Assembly (NCBI GenBank): GCA_012295275.1
Contig: CM022665.1
Coordinates: forward strand, 38,750,001-38,814,000
Direction: 5' to 3'
DNA length: 64,000 nt
Origin: Chrysomallon squamiferum
Taxonomy: Eukaryota; Animalia; Mollusca
The notes below the pieces were generated by a model. It made no database searches and was not told the DNA's origin. It saw only the letters and a list, made by a program, of their open reading frames with translations. Position numbers and translations under genes: made by a program. Shown piece after piece: positions 15,153 through 29,828 of the stretch. Numbering within the stretch: position 1 is the first letter of the stretch; every line of letters starts with the position of its first letter.

Positions 15153-17759
15153 TATTTATTTCTTTATTTATTGATTGATTGATTTATGTATTTATTTATG
15201 TCTGGTGAAGCTCCTTCTGCAGAAAATATTGATATATCTAATGCACACAAAATATAGATACATATTTATTTACACATACATGCTCCACGGTTTGTTATCT
15301 GAATAGTAAATGAACTAATACTGAAAGGACAATCGAATTAAAAAAGTAGAAAACCAAATAAACGAATATTAGTGCAAGGCTTCAGGTTAAGTGTAATATA
15401 AATTATCCTATACAAAATTATAATCATTATTTAATTTGAGAAATCAAGTTGTTTTTCAAGAATCGAAAGGATCCCATTCAACAATTTTTAAGAAAAAAGA
15501 AAAGAAAAGAAAAAAAACTCATAAAAATAAATGATTCGTTTTCCTTAAGCTCAACCATTGAAGGGATATTTTCAAAGAAAAATCAACTTAAGCACTCAAA
15601 TAGTTTAGAGATACATTAGTGTTTTGAAACAAGTTTTGAAACAGTCAACTCTTGGTATCAATCTTCTAGTTATAGCTTATTGTTCTGGCATCAGAATTCG
15701 TCCAATTCTCGTCCAGATGCACCATACAATCAACGTCTTAATCTGAGAAGGACAATGGCCTGACCACTTGAAAGGTCCGCCAGAATCCCAAATCGGCAAT
15801 ATTTGGAGGCTAGCTGAAGAAACACCCCCACCGATGTCCATCTTACGTCTTTGTTTGCATTATGTAGCTGAGAACAATGCCAGCAGAAGTTTCGACCAGT
15901 TCGAGTGCCTACCCTTTTTTTCCCTCTCCGACATGGTCGCCTTTTGTTGCCTGACCTTTCGAACTCGTTTGACGTCTGCAGCGATGGGCTCGGCGTTGGT
16001 TGTGAAGAAGCCAGCATTGGGCAGTTAAGACGATGGAATGAGCCTTTTATAGCTGTCAACGGTGGGTTTGACAAGATGCGGTCCATAATCCTCGTTACGA
16101 TTTCAGGTGATAAAACGATATTAGGCGATAAAACGATACACGTCGAAGGTGCGGCCCGCGACGCTGGACCATTGTGAGGAAGCCCATTTATATCGAATCA
16201 CGACATTGTAGACTGGTTGTAATTGATTAAAATATTATTGTCACTTAAGTTAGCTTTAACGAAAAAAAAAAGATAAATTGTGCTGTCAAGAGTCTATAAC
16301 AATGCATAATAACATATTTACATAGAAGCCTATGAAACGCCAAATATGACAGCCTCCTTCTTTTTTTTTTGTTATCCATGATAATAATGTCCTCTTCAAA
16401 CTTTTCGGATGGTCGCTAAAAGAAGGTGATGACTCTTCAGATATTATATACGTTTTGCGCATACAAAGCGTAACCGAAACGGGCGTCTGGCGTCCACAAA
16501 TAAATAATCAAGTATTTAGCAGTTGTCCCCCTTGAAGATGTCGCTAACTGCAGCAATATATTAGTTGTACCTAAAGGCACACGTCTAATATCAGAGCAAT
16601 ACAAAAATGACAAAGAGATTTTGGTACCAAAGGAAACATCTGCCTGCAAGTCATCTGCAGATTTGTTCTGTTATTAGAGTTTAGGTTGTATGATTTTCCT
16701 GAGTGGCCGATTCAATTTTGTCTCAGTTATGGTAAAATTCCCAGATTATAGCTGTAACATAACATATTGCAAAATGCGTTTTAATTATGGATTTCAAAAT
16801 TTGTCATTGCACTTTTAGACACTGTTTGGATGAAGACAGGAATGTATGCAGAATCAGTGGAAATACAAACAAACGAGCACAAACTGTTTTACAGTTTACA
16901 TTTAAGTGTATTTTATTTTTATTTAGCTGTATACAAATTATAAATTAAGACACATGTGGTTATCATACAAATTAACAACAACAACAGCAGCAACAAGAAC
17001 AACAACAACAAAACAACAACAACAACAACAACAATAATAATAATAATTTTAATAATAATAATGATAATATGATGGTGATCATGTACGAATAGGAGGAAAA
17101 TATAAAATAAAATAATATTATAAACTGATAATATGTTTTTAAGGCAACAACTTTCTAAATTATATTAACGAAAGTTTTTTTTATCTAACAACAGTTTAAC
17201 TAATCCAAACAAGCTTATCACTTACCTTTGACAATATACGACATAGTTGACGTGTCCTGTATTACAGTTTTCGTATCAAAGAGATCGCTGTTTACGAGAA
17301 GCAGTATATCATAATACAATGGCTTAATAAATTTAATCAAAAACTCAGGTTGTTTCTAGGCAAATGCTTCCGCAATAAGCTGATAATGTTCATGCATGTA
17401 CCTCTTGTATTTTGTGTCCATTGTTCTACTTTAATATCAGAACACGTAAAACAAACAAACATCAACTGCTACCACTCTCTTTCCTTGTTCTTTATCTTTT
17501 AAATGTTCAGGAAACCAACGAAAATCACAATGTTATAGCCAGTATTGTAGCCAGCGTGTGTGTGTGTGTGTGAGGGATCATGTGTTTTTTTAATACATGT
17601 TTTTAATCGATGAATTTTTGACCGTTAAGTTCTGTTTTTATTTATACACATACATACATTATTCACATATATGCACATTTTCACCTGCAGTAATGATCTA
17701 GATATTTAATTATTTTATTTGTTTTAATTACCTTTTGTTTGCCTGCAGAGATTTAGTGA

Positions 17760-17864
<105 letters not shown>

Positions 17865-20223
17865 ACTTTATAATAAGAAAAAGTACATTCATTAATTAAT
17901 ACAAATTTTACTCGCACAGTTATGATCGTACCTTTTATCTATAAAATATGTTCTGAAACTGATAGCTCTGCCAGTGAGTAATTCGTTTATGTTTGTGAAT
18001 TTTCTGAATTAATTTGGTTCGTAGCAGAGGCAACTGAAATCAGCCAGAATTACCCGGACATGGATTTGTTTGCCAATAAGCTCTAAACATTGAAATATGA
18101 TACTTTGTGAATCCCGATGTACCGGTCTACAAAGCGTTCGGGATATATATACGATATCGGCGTATCTGCTATCATATTTCTTCTCATTTGCACCTCGTGG
18201 CGATTTGCATTAAGTAAAACAACCGGTGCTTAGAAAAACAGTTCCTTTTATCTCACTATCCGTGGACTAATATTTCCATACCAATTTCTGTTCATAAATA
18301 CGGCAAAAGATGTATTTGCATTTGGACCTCATGGTGAAATATTAAAAATAAAACAACCGGTGTCACGATAAGTAGTAGCCTTTGCGTTTGACATGGTGTA
18401 TAGAAAGGAAATGAAAATAAATAGTTAATAATAATAATAATATATAAGGATGACGGATTTAAATTTTAAATATGCATATTTAAAAAGATATAGATGACTT
18501 CAGCATTTGTTAAATAGCTATTTCTCTTTACAGCCTCTTATGCAAAGTTTATTGCGTTTAAATTAGATGGTAAAATTTTAAATAAACTCCAGTTATTGCA
18601 ATTACTGAGAGCTAATTGTAGTATTTGTTTGTATCATTATTGTAAACATACTAAAACTCTTAAAATGAAGAAGTGAGAGATACATCAGAGAGAAAGAAGA
18701 ATGACATAAAAACAAAAACAAAAATCCACCGCGCCTACAATATGTCAGGATGATCAAGGTGAAATACTGTTGATATATTATTAACAATCCAAAATTATAA
18801 CGGTGTTACACTTATTGATAATGCACGAACATTATTTATCATAACATTATTAATGCACTAAAATTATTACGACAACATAATTGTTCACACAATAAAATTA
18901 TTATGATCAAATAATTGTCCTTATATTTGTAAACTGTTTGGAAATGACTGATGATGATTGATTTCATTGTGTTGGTGCAATAATCGAGAAGTTTATGCCT
19001 CGGGTGTGCCAATTAAGGTATTCACCGCCGCAAATCGATACGCACAATCTGTTGACGTATTTGCCTCCACTGGTCACAGATGCTTGTGTTTACACTTGTC
19101 AAAAGATTACGGTCCTCGGCCAGATAAGACACTGATATCCAAATCTGTGTGCCGCTGCAACTTCCTGTGGAGATAACCCACCTGTGTCGCCCGAGTTCAC
19201 ATTTTGGGTCTCGCTGGCCTCCTCGTCTGATGATGTGAATTAAAATATTTAAATCCTTAAATATTTAAATCCTGATCAAGTAACTGACTTGTGACTCGCT
19301 CGGTGTTAATAATCTGTGCAGTTTATTTATATAATTTGGGCGCTTTCGATGCAGATATAAATTAGCCTAATTACAACTGAGATCCTAAGCGTTTTTTTTT
19401 GTTTTTTTTTGTTTTTATTGTATCATTATAAGTCATCGTCGAAGTCTAAAATATGAATTAGCAAGTGAGACACGTTCACAAAAAAAAGAAAAAGACTGAT
19501 AGCCTGAGAAAAGAGGACGTTAAAGCGTAAAACAGAAAGAGAAATAAGAAAATGGAGGGGAGAGAGAGAGACACTCAGACAGCCAGACAGATAGGCAGAC
19601 AGACAGAGAGAGACAGACAGACAGAAAGAGATAAAGAGAGACAGAAAAAAGAGAAACTGACAGAAAGAACGAGAGAGGGCAACATAAATAACGAAAAAAA
19701 AAAATAATAATAATAAAAAAGAAAAACCAGCAACGAAGAAGGAAGAGACCAGACTGAACGTGTCATATGCACTAAGGACAGAGCTAAAAACAGTAACAAA
19801 GTTATGATTTAATATTAATTTTATTTACACTACTGAGGTGTCAACTTACTCGGAAAGCGTTGACACGCTTGGTACGTCATTAACATAACTCCGACCTTTA
19901 ATTGCAGCTCATAAATAAAAATATATAGTTACGAGATTAAATCTGAAATGTATTTTTGAGATTATGAAACTATGAAATATGCTGACAGAAATAGCCGCAT
20001 GTTGATACAACCTCTTAGGCACAAACATACATACACAGATACGTACAAACATACATATATATATAAATATAGGTTAACAAACCGGTGTTTATATCAAAAC
20101 AAAAATAAAAAAAAAAAAAAAATAAGAAGAATAACAAATATAATAGCTAACAAACAGATACATATTTAACATACACACATACATAAACAGACACAACATT
20201 TTATATATATATATATATACACA

Positions 20224-20252
20224 CAGAGTGGTCCAAAAGTAGGTGGACACTA
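20224..20252 (+). mobile_element. Possible solitary Tc1/mariner-like terminal inverted repeat remnant
   Basis: CAGAGTGGTCCAAAAGTAGGTGGACAC lies immediately after a (TA)n run and resembles CAG.GTG.CCAAAA-type Tc1/mariner ends. No partner TIR or transposase was seen. Confidence 0.25.
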
Positions 20253-20831
20253 AATGATCACATTTATTTTTAGATTACTTTTTGAGATTACCTTGTTATT
20301 ATCTAAAAAGAAAACAGATTAAAATCAAATAATTGTAGTTATAAAATTTTAAATAATATAGCACAAACAGCATAGTTATAATGTTTGTTAGTCATTATAT
20401 TTGTTATTCTTCTTATTTTTTTTTAATTATTATTATTATTTGTTTTTTAATAGAAACACCTGTTTGTTAACCTATAAATAATCAAGTGTCAGAAGAACGA
20501 TAAAATCGTTATTAACAGTTATGATAAATAGGTGTATTTAATTTGACTGCGCTTTTATTTTATTTTTATTACCTGGTTCGAACCTTACTAAAAACAAGAA
20601 CAAATGATTCTGAAAGAATGAAGAAATGTATGTCCTAATATGGAAAAATCTTACAGCGAAAGTTGAATTAAATAAAGAGAACCTATTTTAATTATAGACC
20701 ATGACCAGGCAATCGTGACATGTAAATTCATACGCATACAAACAGGTATACATATATAAACATTAATGTCCGTACTCCCAAAACGATCACGTTAATGCTG
20801 GAATACTTATGAAAAAAGTAATAGGTATCAA

Positions 20832-20856
20832 CATACATACATACATACATTCATAT

Positions 20857-20887
<31 letters not shown>

Positions 20888-20990
20888 CATACATACATAT
20901 ATATATACATACATACATACATACATATATACATACATAGATATATACATACATATATACATACACCATACCTACGTACATACATATATA
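20832..20990. repeat. Imperfect (ACAT)n/(AT)n microsatellite
   Basis: Tetranucleotide periodicity. Confidence 0.93.
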
Positions 20991-21591
20991 CAGACAGAGA
21001 GACATACAGTCAAAGAGACAAATGAGCATGCATACAGTTATGAATTTCGTTCTTTTTTTCTTTCTTGTTTTCTTTCTCTCTCTCATTATTTATTTATTTA
21101 TTCATTTATTTATTTACTTATTTATTTATTTATTTATTTATTTACACTTTTTAAAACATTTTTTCTACTGAATGACTGACATTGTCACATTTCATTCTAT
21201 AATTTTCATCACTTTTCGAAATGATGGTTTTTGCTATAGAACTAAATTAAAAGTAATAAAAAATAAAGAAAAAAACAACAAAAAAAACAACAACAGAAAT
21301 TAAGAAAAAAAGAACACTAAAATGAAAAAAAGAAGTCATATTGTCCATATTTTTTAGTTCAAAACGACTTACTGTTCACAGGTAAACACACTAACCAGAT
21401 GTTACAGTATTTTATGTAAAATGATTTTAACAAATATTTGTTTCTAAAACACTAAATGTGCCAGGTTTCATTGATTCCTAATTTACTCTGCATTACTACA
21501 ATTAAAGGACACGCGTCTGCAAAACGTGGTTGTTGACTGTTGCATTATAAACAACGACATTGATAACAATGACAGCTGCATTGTCCAAAGA

Positions 21592-21594
<3 letters not shown>

Positions 21595-21679
<85 letters not shown>
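21595..21679. repeat. (GA)n microsatellite
   Basis: Pure dinucleotide run. Confidence 0.98.
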
Positions 21680-21683
<4 letters not shown>

Positions 21684-21804
21684 AGTTACCATATTTCGAA
21701 ATAAATGTAATATAGTTTTAAATTATTTTATTTTCATGTGTTTCTTTAATTTGTTTTTTAAATTAATTCTTCTCCTTTCTTTTCTTCTTCTTCTTCTTTT
21801 TCTT

Positions 21805-21835
<31 letters not shown>

Positions 21836-22418
21836 TTATTATTATTTATTATTATTATTATTATTATTATGAATACGAAATGAAGATTTAGAAAATGTTT
21901 TAATAATTTATAACGATACAACCTATAAATTGTGCTTGAATGATATACTTTTATAATTTTAAGAAATCGTAAATACACGTGTACATTACCTAAATTCACA
22001 AATGAAATATACTTGATTTTCTTGTTTATATGAATGTGATTAATGTTGCTGATTTGAGAACAAGTTATAAAATGAAATAATTTTTTTTTAAAATTAATGT
22101 ATCTTCTTTTATGATATTATTTATTACTGCTGCTAGTTTCCACCATTTTTATATATGTCTTTAGAATTTATTTATTTATTTCTTGTATTGTCATATATTC
22201 ATTATAGTAATCCAATTTTTACCATCTTATTTATGTGCTTGGATTATTTGTATATATTTTTGATTTGTATAAGATGAATAATGACACGGAAAATAGAAAA
22301 TTATTCTGACTTTCCCTTTATCCTTTCTTTCAAGAATCGTTATACATTTTTGTACTGGATTTTCGTTTATATGAAAATAAAAAGATACATACTGAACAAT
22401 ATTTTGACAACTATATCA

Positions 22419-22421
<3 letters not shown>

Positions 22422-22509
<88 letters not shown>
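22422..22509. repeat. (AG)n microsatellite
   Basis: Pure dinucleotide run. Confidence 0.98.
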
Positions 22510-22510
<1 letters not shown>

Positions 22511-22758
22511 ATGTGACATCGGATTTTATAAAAAAAAAATCGATTACTGAAAGATGCACCTCCTTCATCGAAATATGGAAATAATAGGTTCCAATAATAA
22601 AAATGTTTTAAAATACTATAACAATATCGTGACAACAACGATAGTCTAAATTCTACCAGTAATTTTTTTTTTTTTTTTTCTACGAACCGTCAATAAAAAC
22701 ACTATACTGAACACCATCATTTATCCCATACTGGTCACGTTAGCAAACAGTGAAGGGG

Positions 22759-22796
<38 letters not shown>

Positions 22797-23184
22797 GCGT
22801 TCTTCTGTCAAGCTAATGAATGTTTTAAAATGTTTTGACCAATAGAGATGACTATTCTTCCGCTTGTCAGTTTTGTTAAGACGTCGCGGTTGCCTTATGT
22901 TCCGCGACCAGCCTCTGTGTCTTGAGAACAGGAGTTTGATGAATGAGCCGACGGCGTCTTTATCCACGCCATCAATACACCGCTGTTTGAAGAACACTTG
23001 AGCTCTGGTTGGACAACAAATCTTCTATTCCGCCTTCTTGTTTGAGAAAATAAATGGCCAAATGAGATTTCTGTTCAGGGCATTGATTGAAAATAAATGT
23101 GAAAGGCTTAATGCGTTAATTGCTTGGAGTTTCATGTCCACAAGAAAATATTAAAAATAAAGAGAGTGTCTCCGCCTTTACAGA

Positions 23185-23216
<32 letters not shown>

Positions 23217-23442
23217 TGATTTTATTTTATTATTTTCTATTTTACGTTGGGTTTTTTTTTTTCTTTCTTTCTCTGTTCTCATTTCCTTTCGGCCTGTATT
23301 TTATAACCTTCTTTCTTTCTTTCTTTCTTTCTTGTTTCCGTATGTATTTTATTCTATTCTTCTTTTGCAGTTTTTATCTGTCCGTTTGTAGTTCTCTTTG
23401 TAAATCTGACTCTAGTCCTCAAAATGTAGTCTTTCTCACCAT

Positions 23443-23750
<308 letters not shown>

Positions 23751-24407
23751 CCTTGTCCCTTTTTCCAAACCTCCTTAATACCCTTGTTTTTCTCTTTTTA
23801 AACTTTTTTTTTTTTTTTTTGTTGTTGGAAATAACACTTTCATTATCTAAGCGACTCTTACGCCTCATTGAAAATGAGCACTCGTAGAAACTCGCCAACT
23901 TTGTAATGCATACAAAAAGCTTTTTATATATAAATAGTGCAGCGTTAATCTTGAAAACAGAAAAATTTATTGGCACGCTTTTCAATCCATAGAACGAACT
24001 GTCATCCCTAAGCCCTCTTCTCTGTTGTGATTACGAGTCCGCTGTATCATATTCTGTTAAATGTCAGCGTATTCTTTGGTTCTTCGTTTAATGAGCGCCA
24101 TATCAGTCTGTATTTCACTTTCAGAGCGCTACCATAGTTCCGCTTATCTGATATTTGAGATGGCTGGGTTTATACCGAGCTTAGCTTAACAGCTCTGCAA
24201 AGTTCTTCTCTAATGAAAGCTTTCAAAAAATTATTGTAGTCAAATTAGGGATTTTTTGTTAGTTTATGACGATTAAAGCGACAGTTTTTTGTGTTACGTT
24301 CTTCTCCCAGGGTGTGACAATTCCTATCTCCAGAATGTGGGATGGAAGTCGTGTACATTTAATTTTTATACTTTTGAACGCAGTGCTGTACTGGAGATTA
24401 TATTTAT

Positions 24408-24490
<83 letters not shown>

Positions 24491-24493
24491 GTT

Positions 24494-24535
<42 letters not shown>

Positions 24536-24646
24536 ATTATTATATATTTATTAGTAGTATTATTTTTTTTAATCTTCTGAATGTTGTACATGGTGAATTT
24601 AGTTAGTTGCCTTAATACACACTATCGGAGCCAATAAACAATTAAT

Positions 24647-24760
<114 letters not shown>

Positions 24761-25637
24761 TATGCACATACAAAAAAACAAAAGATGAAGGTAAACTTAT
24801 ATTTACACAATCAATCGTTAATTTGTATTTTTGTGTGTTTTTGTGCGTGTTTACCTATAGGTGTCCGTATATATGCGCGTATGTAATTTATTCCTGTATG
24901 CTGACAATTAACACTGGTAATAAACAGCTATCAGTTACCAAATTCTTTACCCTATATACACTGTAAAATATATATAAATACTGTCAAAAATTGAAGAAAA
25001 AAAAAAAAAAAAAAAAAAAAATAAAACAGAAGAAAAAAAAATTAAAAAGTTTGCAAGTCTAAGTAACATGTGTCATTATCCGGCAACATGTAGACACTTT
25101 GCTTCATTTATTCTCATGGAAATTCGTGCAAATATCAGCAACACTGACAGCGGTTTGAATAAAATGAATAATGTATTAAAACGAGCAATCCTAGGCGAGT
25201 GAAAAAGATTAAATTTATTAGGCGAGCATATGGCTTTCTTTGCTCTAGCACTAAAAGTGAGTTGACGGAGTCTAAATGAGCGAAGGCGACTTATTATGAA
25301 ACTCGTTCCTGTTAGAAAAAAGAAAAAGAAAAAAAAAAACCTTCCAGAGCAAACAAGAATTATTTGCCAGAAAGTCAACAAAAAGCAATATGTTAGAGAT
25401 GAGAGTACACAATATTATTAAGAGTTATTTTCGAGATCAGACGTTTCTTACTCCTTCGAGGTCAATAACTAAAAAAAAAAAAAAATAAAAAAAAATAATA
25501 ATAATAATAACAACAACAATAACAAAATTAAGATAAAAATGAATTAAGAAAATAAAGCGTAATGGAATATTTATCAACGGAAAATTAAAAAAGAAAAGAA
25601 AATCAGTATATTTCGTTTTAGAGATAAAAAAAGTTGC

Positions 25638-25689
<52 letters not shown>

Positions 25690-26067
25690 TTTTGTTGTTG
25701 TTGTTGATGATGATGATGACAATGACAGTGATGTTGATGATGAATAACGACGATGATAATTAAAAGAAAAATTAACAAAGAGCTTTCTTTCTCCCAGCAT
25801 CAGATTTAAAATTAGCTTTAAAAAAGTAAATAAATAAACAAAGAAAAGAAAAGCACATGTAGAACTGAAAATCAATTACCATAAAGAAACAAAGCGAAAT
25901 CCCAGGGCTTCAGGGCAAATATTGATATATTAGTCTTAGCTAAGTGATGTCGGCTACAATGTAAGATTGGTTTGTTTTAATTAAGCGTAGACGTGTGAAG
26001 CGGGTTTTTTCAAAGGAAAAAGTCTGTTTCTCTTTAGCATTATTAACATAGACTGTTTCATTTAATA

Positions 26068-26295
26068 GGACGAAGGTACAGACAGTGACAAAAAGTTTGC
26101 CTAGGCTACGACAGGTCCCAGGATCCATTCTCATAGCCGCACCTATTAAATTATTTCTTATTGCAGGCCAGTTCTCGAAAGTGTATCAAAGGTGGATGTA
26201 TGAGCATTCTGTTGGAAAGAATTTTTTTTTAAAAAAAAGATTGTTGCTGCTAATCGAAAGAGTAACCCATGTGGCGACTTCAGCGGTTTGTTAAG
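26068..26295 (+). mobile_element. Degenerate tRNA-derived SINE remnant (Nin/Deu-domain-like), 5' and central part
   Basis: Degenerate B-box-like GGATCCATTC (~26121), then GTATCAAAGG and TTGCTGCTAATCGAAAGAGTAACCCATGTGGCGAC. This resembles an abundant gastropod SINE core as I recall it; not database-verified. A possible detached tail, AAACATTCATTCATTC, lies at ~26612-26627. Confidence 0.5.
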
Positions 26296-26465
26296 ATGTA
26301 TTTCGTCATCACAAAGCAACCCATTTATGTTACATTATATAATTAGTATCACTGGTAATAATAAATAAATAAATAAATAAATAAATAAATGTATGTGTGT
26401 GTAAAATTAAATAAATAAACAAAAACATAACAAAAAAATAAATAAATAAATAAAATAAAAAATAA

Positions 26466-26518
<53 letters not shown>

Positions 26519-27943
26519 TAATAAAAATAGAAAAAAAAAACAACAACAAAAAAACACACACACACACGCTTAATAACTGGTAATATTAAAACGTGTCGAA
26601 CTGCCTTGAGCAAACATTCATTCATTCACAACACACTGCACTCTGGGTGAAGTCGACAACAAGTGCAGTTATCAGAACATGAAGAGTCGACATCTTCAGT
26701 TTGTAGGACTGAAAACTGTTCAGCTGAACGAACACTTGTGGGCTGAGAACAGCGAAAACCCTCGAGCTGAGAAACAAGCCAAACAGTGCTTTAACTGAAG
26801 TACGGTTCCTTCCAGAAACGTCACCGGGTTTTCAAATGACGACACTGAGTTTCGGAGACATTTTGCAAAAGTTACAAAAGATGCGTTGAGAGAGCGGAGT
26901 TTTCTAAGGGTCGAATTGAACGATTTAAAAGTGAAATTTATTATTTATTTAATTTATTCTTAAATGTTAATATAAAAATTATATTAACATCCATAGAATA
27001 TATAAGATTATATGCATTCTGTGGTAAGTATTTATAAAAAAACAAAAACAAAGATAACTTTAAAAAGCAGGTGCAGTCTGCTGTACAGACAGAATAAAAC
27101 AACATATATATTTTCTTATTTAATATAGTTTTATATCAGATAGCTGTAAATGAATATTTAATGTACTAAACTGCCCCAAACGGTGCAAATCTCCATGTAA
27201 ACAAAACCCATTTTCAAATACTGATGAGCCCACGACATCTATTTATAAAAATCTAAAAATTAATCCACCTGCCAATGAATATTTTCAACAAATAAAAAAA
27301 AAAAAAAAAAATGTTTTGTCATTCAGTATACAGAGACAAACTTTGATCGTAAGCAAAATGTTCCGAGCAGAAATAATATTTATCCATCATTATTACATAT
27401 TCACTATCGGGTTGTGTGTGTGTGTTTTCCTCCGCACGGGAAGAGCACCTGTGCTTGACTGCCTTGATTTTGGCAATGGACGTTCACTGCACGAAAAAAA
27501 AAAAAAAAAAAACCGAATCATTGACAAACATAAAGACACGCTTTTGCTGTACCAGAGGTGAAAGAGGTATTCACTTTTCGCTGAATGACTGAATTTATTT
27601 TAATCCTCACAGGTGCATATCTCGAGAACGACATTGCCCCTCAGATGCGGTTGTGTCTATTATGTCCGTTTGTGCTCGAGCAAATGGATTAAATTATTAT
27701 CAGCAAACGAAGAGGTGGGGACATAGGGTTACATTCGGTACATTTCTTAAAACAACATTTCGCCTTTATGATCATTTGTATGTCTCTCTGGTGGAGCAGT
27801 GGTTTTTTTGCTATACGGGCTGAGCCATTGTTTTTATTGTCATAAGGGAATTTTAAAGAGACTCATATAGTCCTTTTTTTTTCTTTTTTTTTTTTTTAAC
27901 AAAAGCGAAAAGAAACACTCGAATATCGAACGTGAGACAAAGC

Positions 27944-27984
<41 letters not shown>

Positions 27985-28422
27985 CACTTTAATGTTTGAA
28001 TAGAAGTACACTGGAATAAAATGTTTACCACAATTCTTCATAAAATTTCAATTTGTAAAAAGTAAAAAATAAAACACTGAGTCTGAAAGGGGACCCTAAA
28101 TATCTATTCAGCTTAGTTCACTGCTTGATTTTAACGTTTTTGTTCACTTAAGTGTAGGAGTTTTCGTTTTCTTTAATATCTAATATTTTGAATTTTTTTT
28201 TTCTTTAATTTCTGTAATTATTTGTTACGGCTGTGATAATAATAAAAAAAATATGGTTATTGTACAGTATATGACGGTTTCAAATGCACCAAGATAAGGA
28301 CATTTCTGTTGTTTTCGGTATATTTTAACCTGAAGGTAAAGTAAGCATTATACATTTGTTAAAAACCTATTTTCAAGTAATGTTTCAAATGAGATATTAA
28401 ACAAACAAACAAAAAATAAATT

Positions 28423-28424
28423 AA

Positions 28425-28503
<79 letters not shown>

Positions 28504-28504
28504 A
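28423..28504. repeat. (AAAT)n microsatellite
   Basis: Tetranucleotide run. Confidence 0.96.
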
Positions 28505-28609
28505 ATTCAAAATAAAATGAGAATCAGTTTCTCGAGAATTTTTGTTAACAATTTTTAAATATTCTTTGCTTTTTATTCCATTTTTTATTATTATTTTTAT
28601 TAATGTTAA

Positions 28610-28673
<64 letters not shown>

Positions 28674-29519
28674 AAATAAAACATTGAGGAAAATTTATGA
28701 CAAAAATAATAATTTAGTGTAAAAGTAATTAAATCTAGGTCATATTCAGCCAGAAATTTGCTTTTTCAATGTTTAAGCAAGAAAGAAGCCTTTTATTTTG
28801 TAGACACTTTCGGAATGAGTTCAACTAAAACCGTGCACCCTGCTTACCAGACTCACTTTCACTTAATCTCAAACCCTCCTTACATACCAAAATATTTCAC
28901 TATTTATTTTTGCTGAAATAATATAGCTTTGCAATAAACTGCTGAATCACCCATAACCTTTAGAAAAACAATCGGTGTATATTCCCGGAAAAACATTTTA
29001 TGCATACAACCTTTAAACCACGGAACAAAAATGTCTCTAACCCTCTTAACGCATTAAGGGTATCACATCTCTGAGATGGTAGTATGAGGTTCCCCCTGTG
29101 CAGTTCTTAAACTCAAAATCAACTGAACTCTCAGCCGAACCTGTGATAATCGATCGAGTGACATCAGAGACATACCCAAAGAGACGTGCAGTTCTCGACT
29201 TACAAAAAGGTTGCATACATCGCGAATGACTCACGGATATGCTATATCCATGTTGTTGAAAACAAACCAAATTCCATTGACAGTACGAGATATTCTGATA
29301 TAGGGGTGCTTTTCTTATGCAAATCGAAAGGTTTACTCCACAGATATCTTTTAGCATTAAACATTTTACCAAGATAAAAAAAAAAAAAAAAAAATTTGTT
29401 TTGTCAAATTAGCAGGCTAACTGTCATATAACCTGTCTTAGAACATATAAACTTAAGATTGATTAGACTGAAAGAACTTACTGATTTGTCACTTTTTACC
29501 AGGAGTTTAACTCTTGAAG

Positions 29520-29828
29520 CCTGTAATGTAGAATGGCCTAAGACCAAACGTTAATATATGATGATCTAATTTCTTTTGTGAAGTTATACGTACTTGAATC
29601 TTCAGTGGATATACCACACGTGGCCAGAATGATGGATTTTAATATCTCTAACTATTCTGGAAGTGAACGTCATCGCTGATCACCTCTTGGAAATCATACA
29701 AAGGTAAACTGTCTGGAGGATGTAGAGATCACTGGCCAGAGGACAGCACAAGACAGACGATGTAGAAGCAAGATGCTGATCAACGGGACACTACAGCTTC
29801 ATAGTTTGATGATGATGATGACGATGAC
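29520..29828 (+). mobile_element. Decayed 3' fragment of an RTE-like non-LTR retrotransposon
   Basis: Disrupted frames give NVEWPK…, LQWIYH/(frameshift)VARM (~29600-29631, cf. LRWxGHVxRM), ERHR*SP (cf. GKRxRGRP) and TAQDRRCR (~29743-29766, cf. AQDRxxWR). These occur in the order expected at the C-terminus of RTE-clade ORF2 and are followed by a (GAT)n tail at ~29808-29827. Confidence 0.6.
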
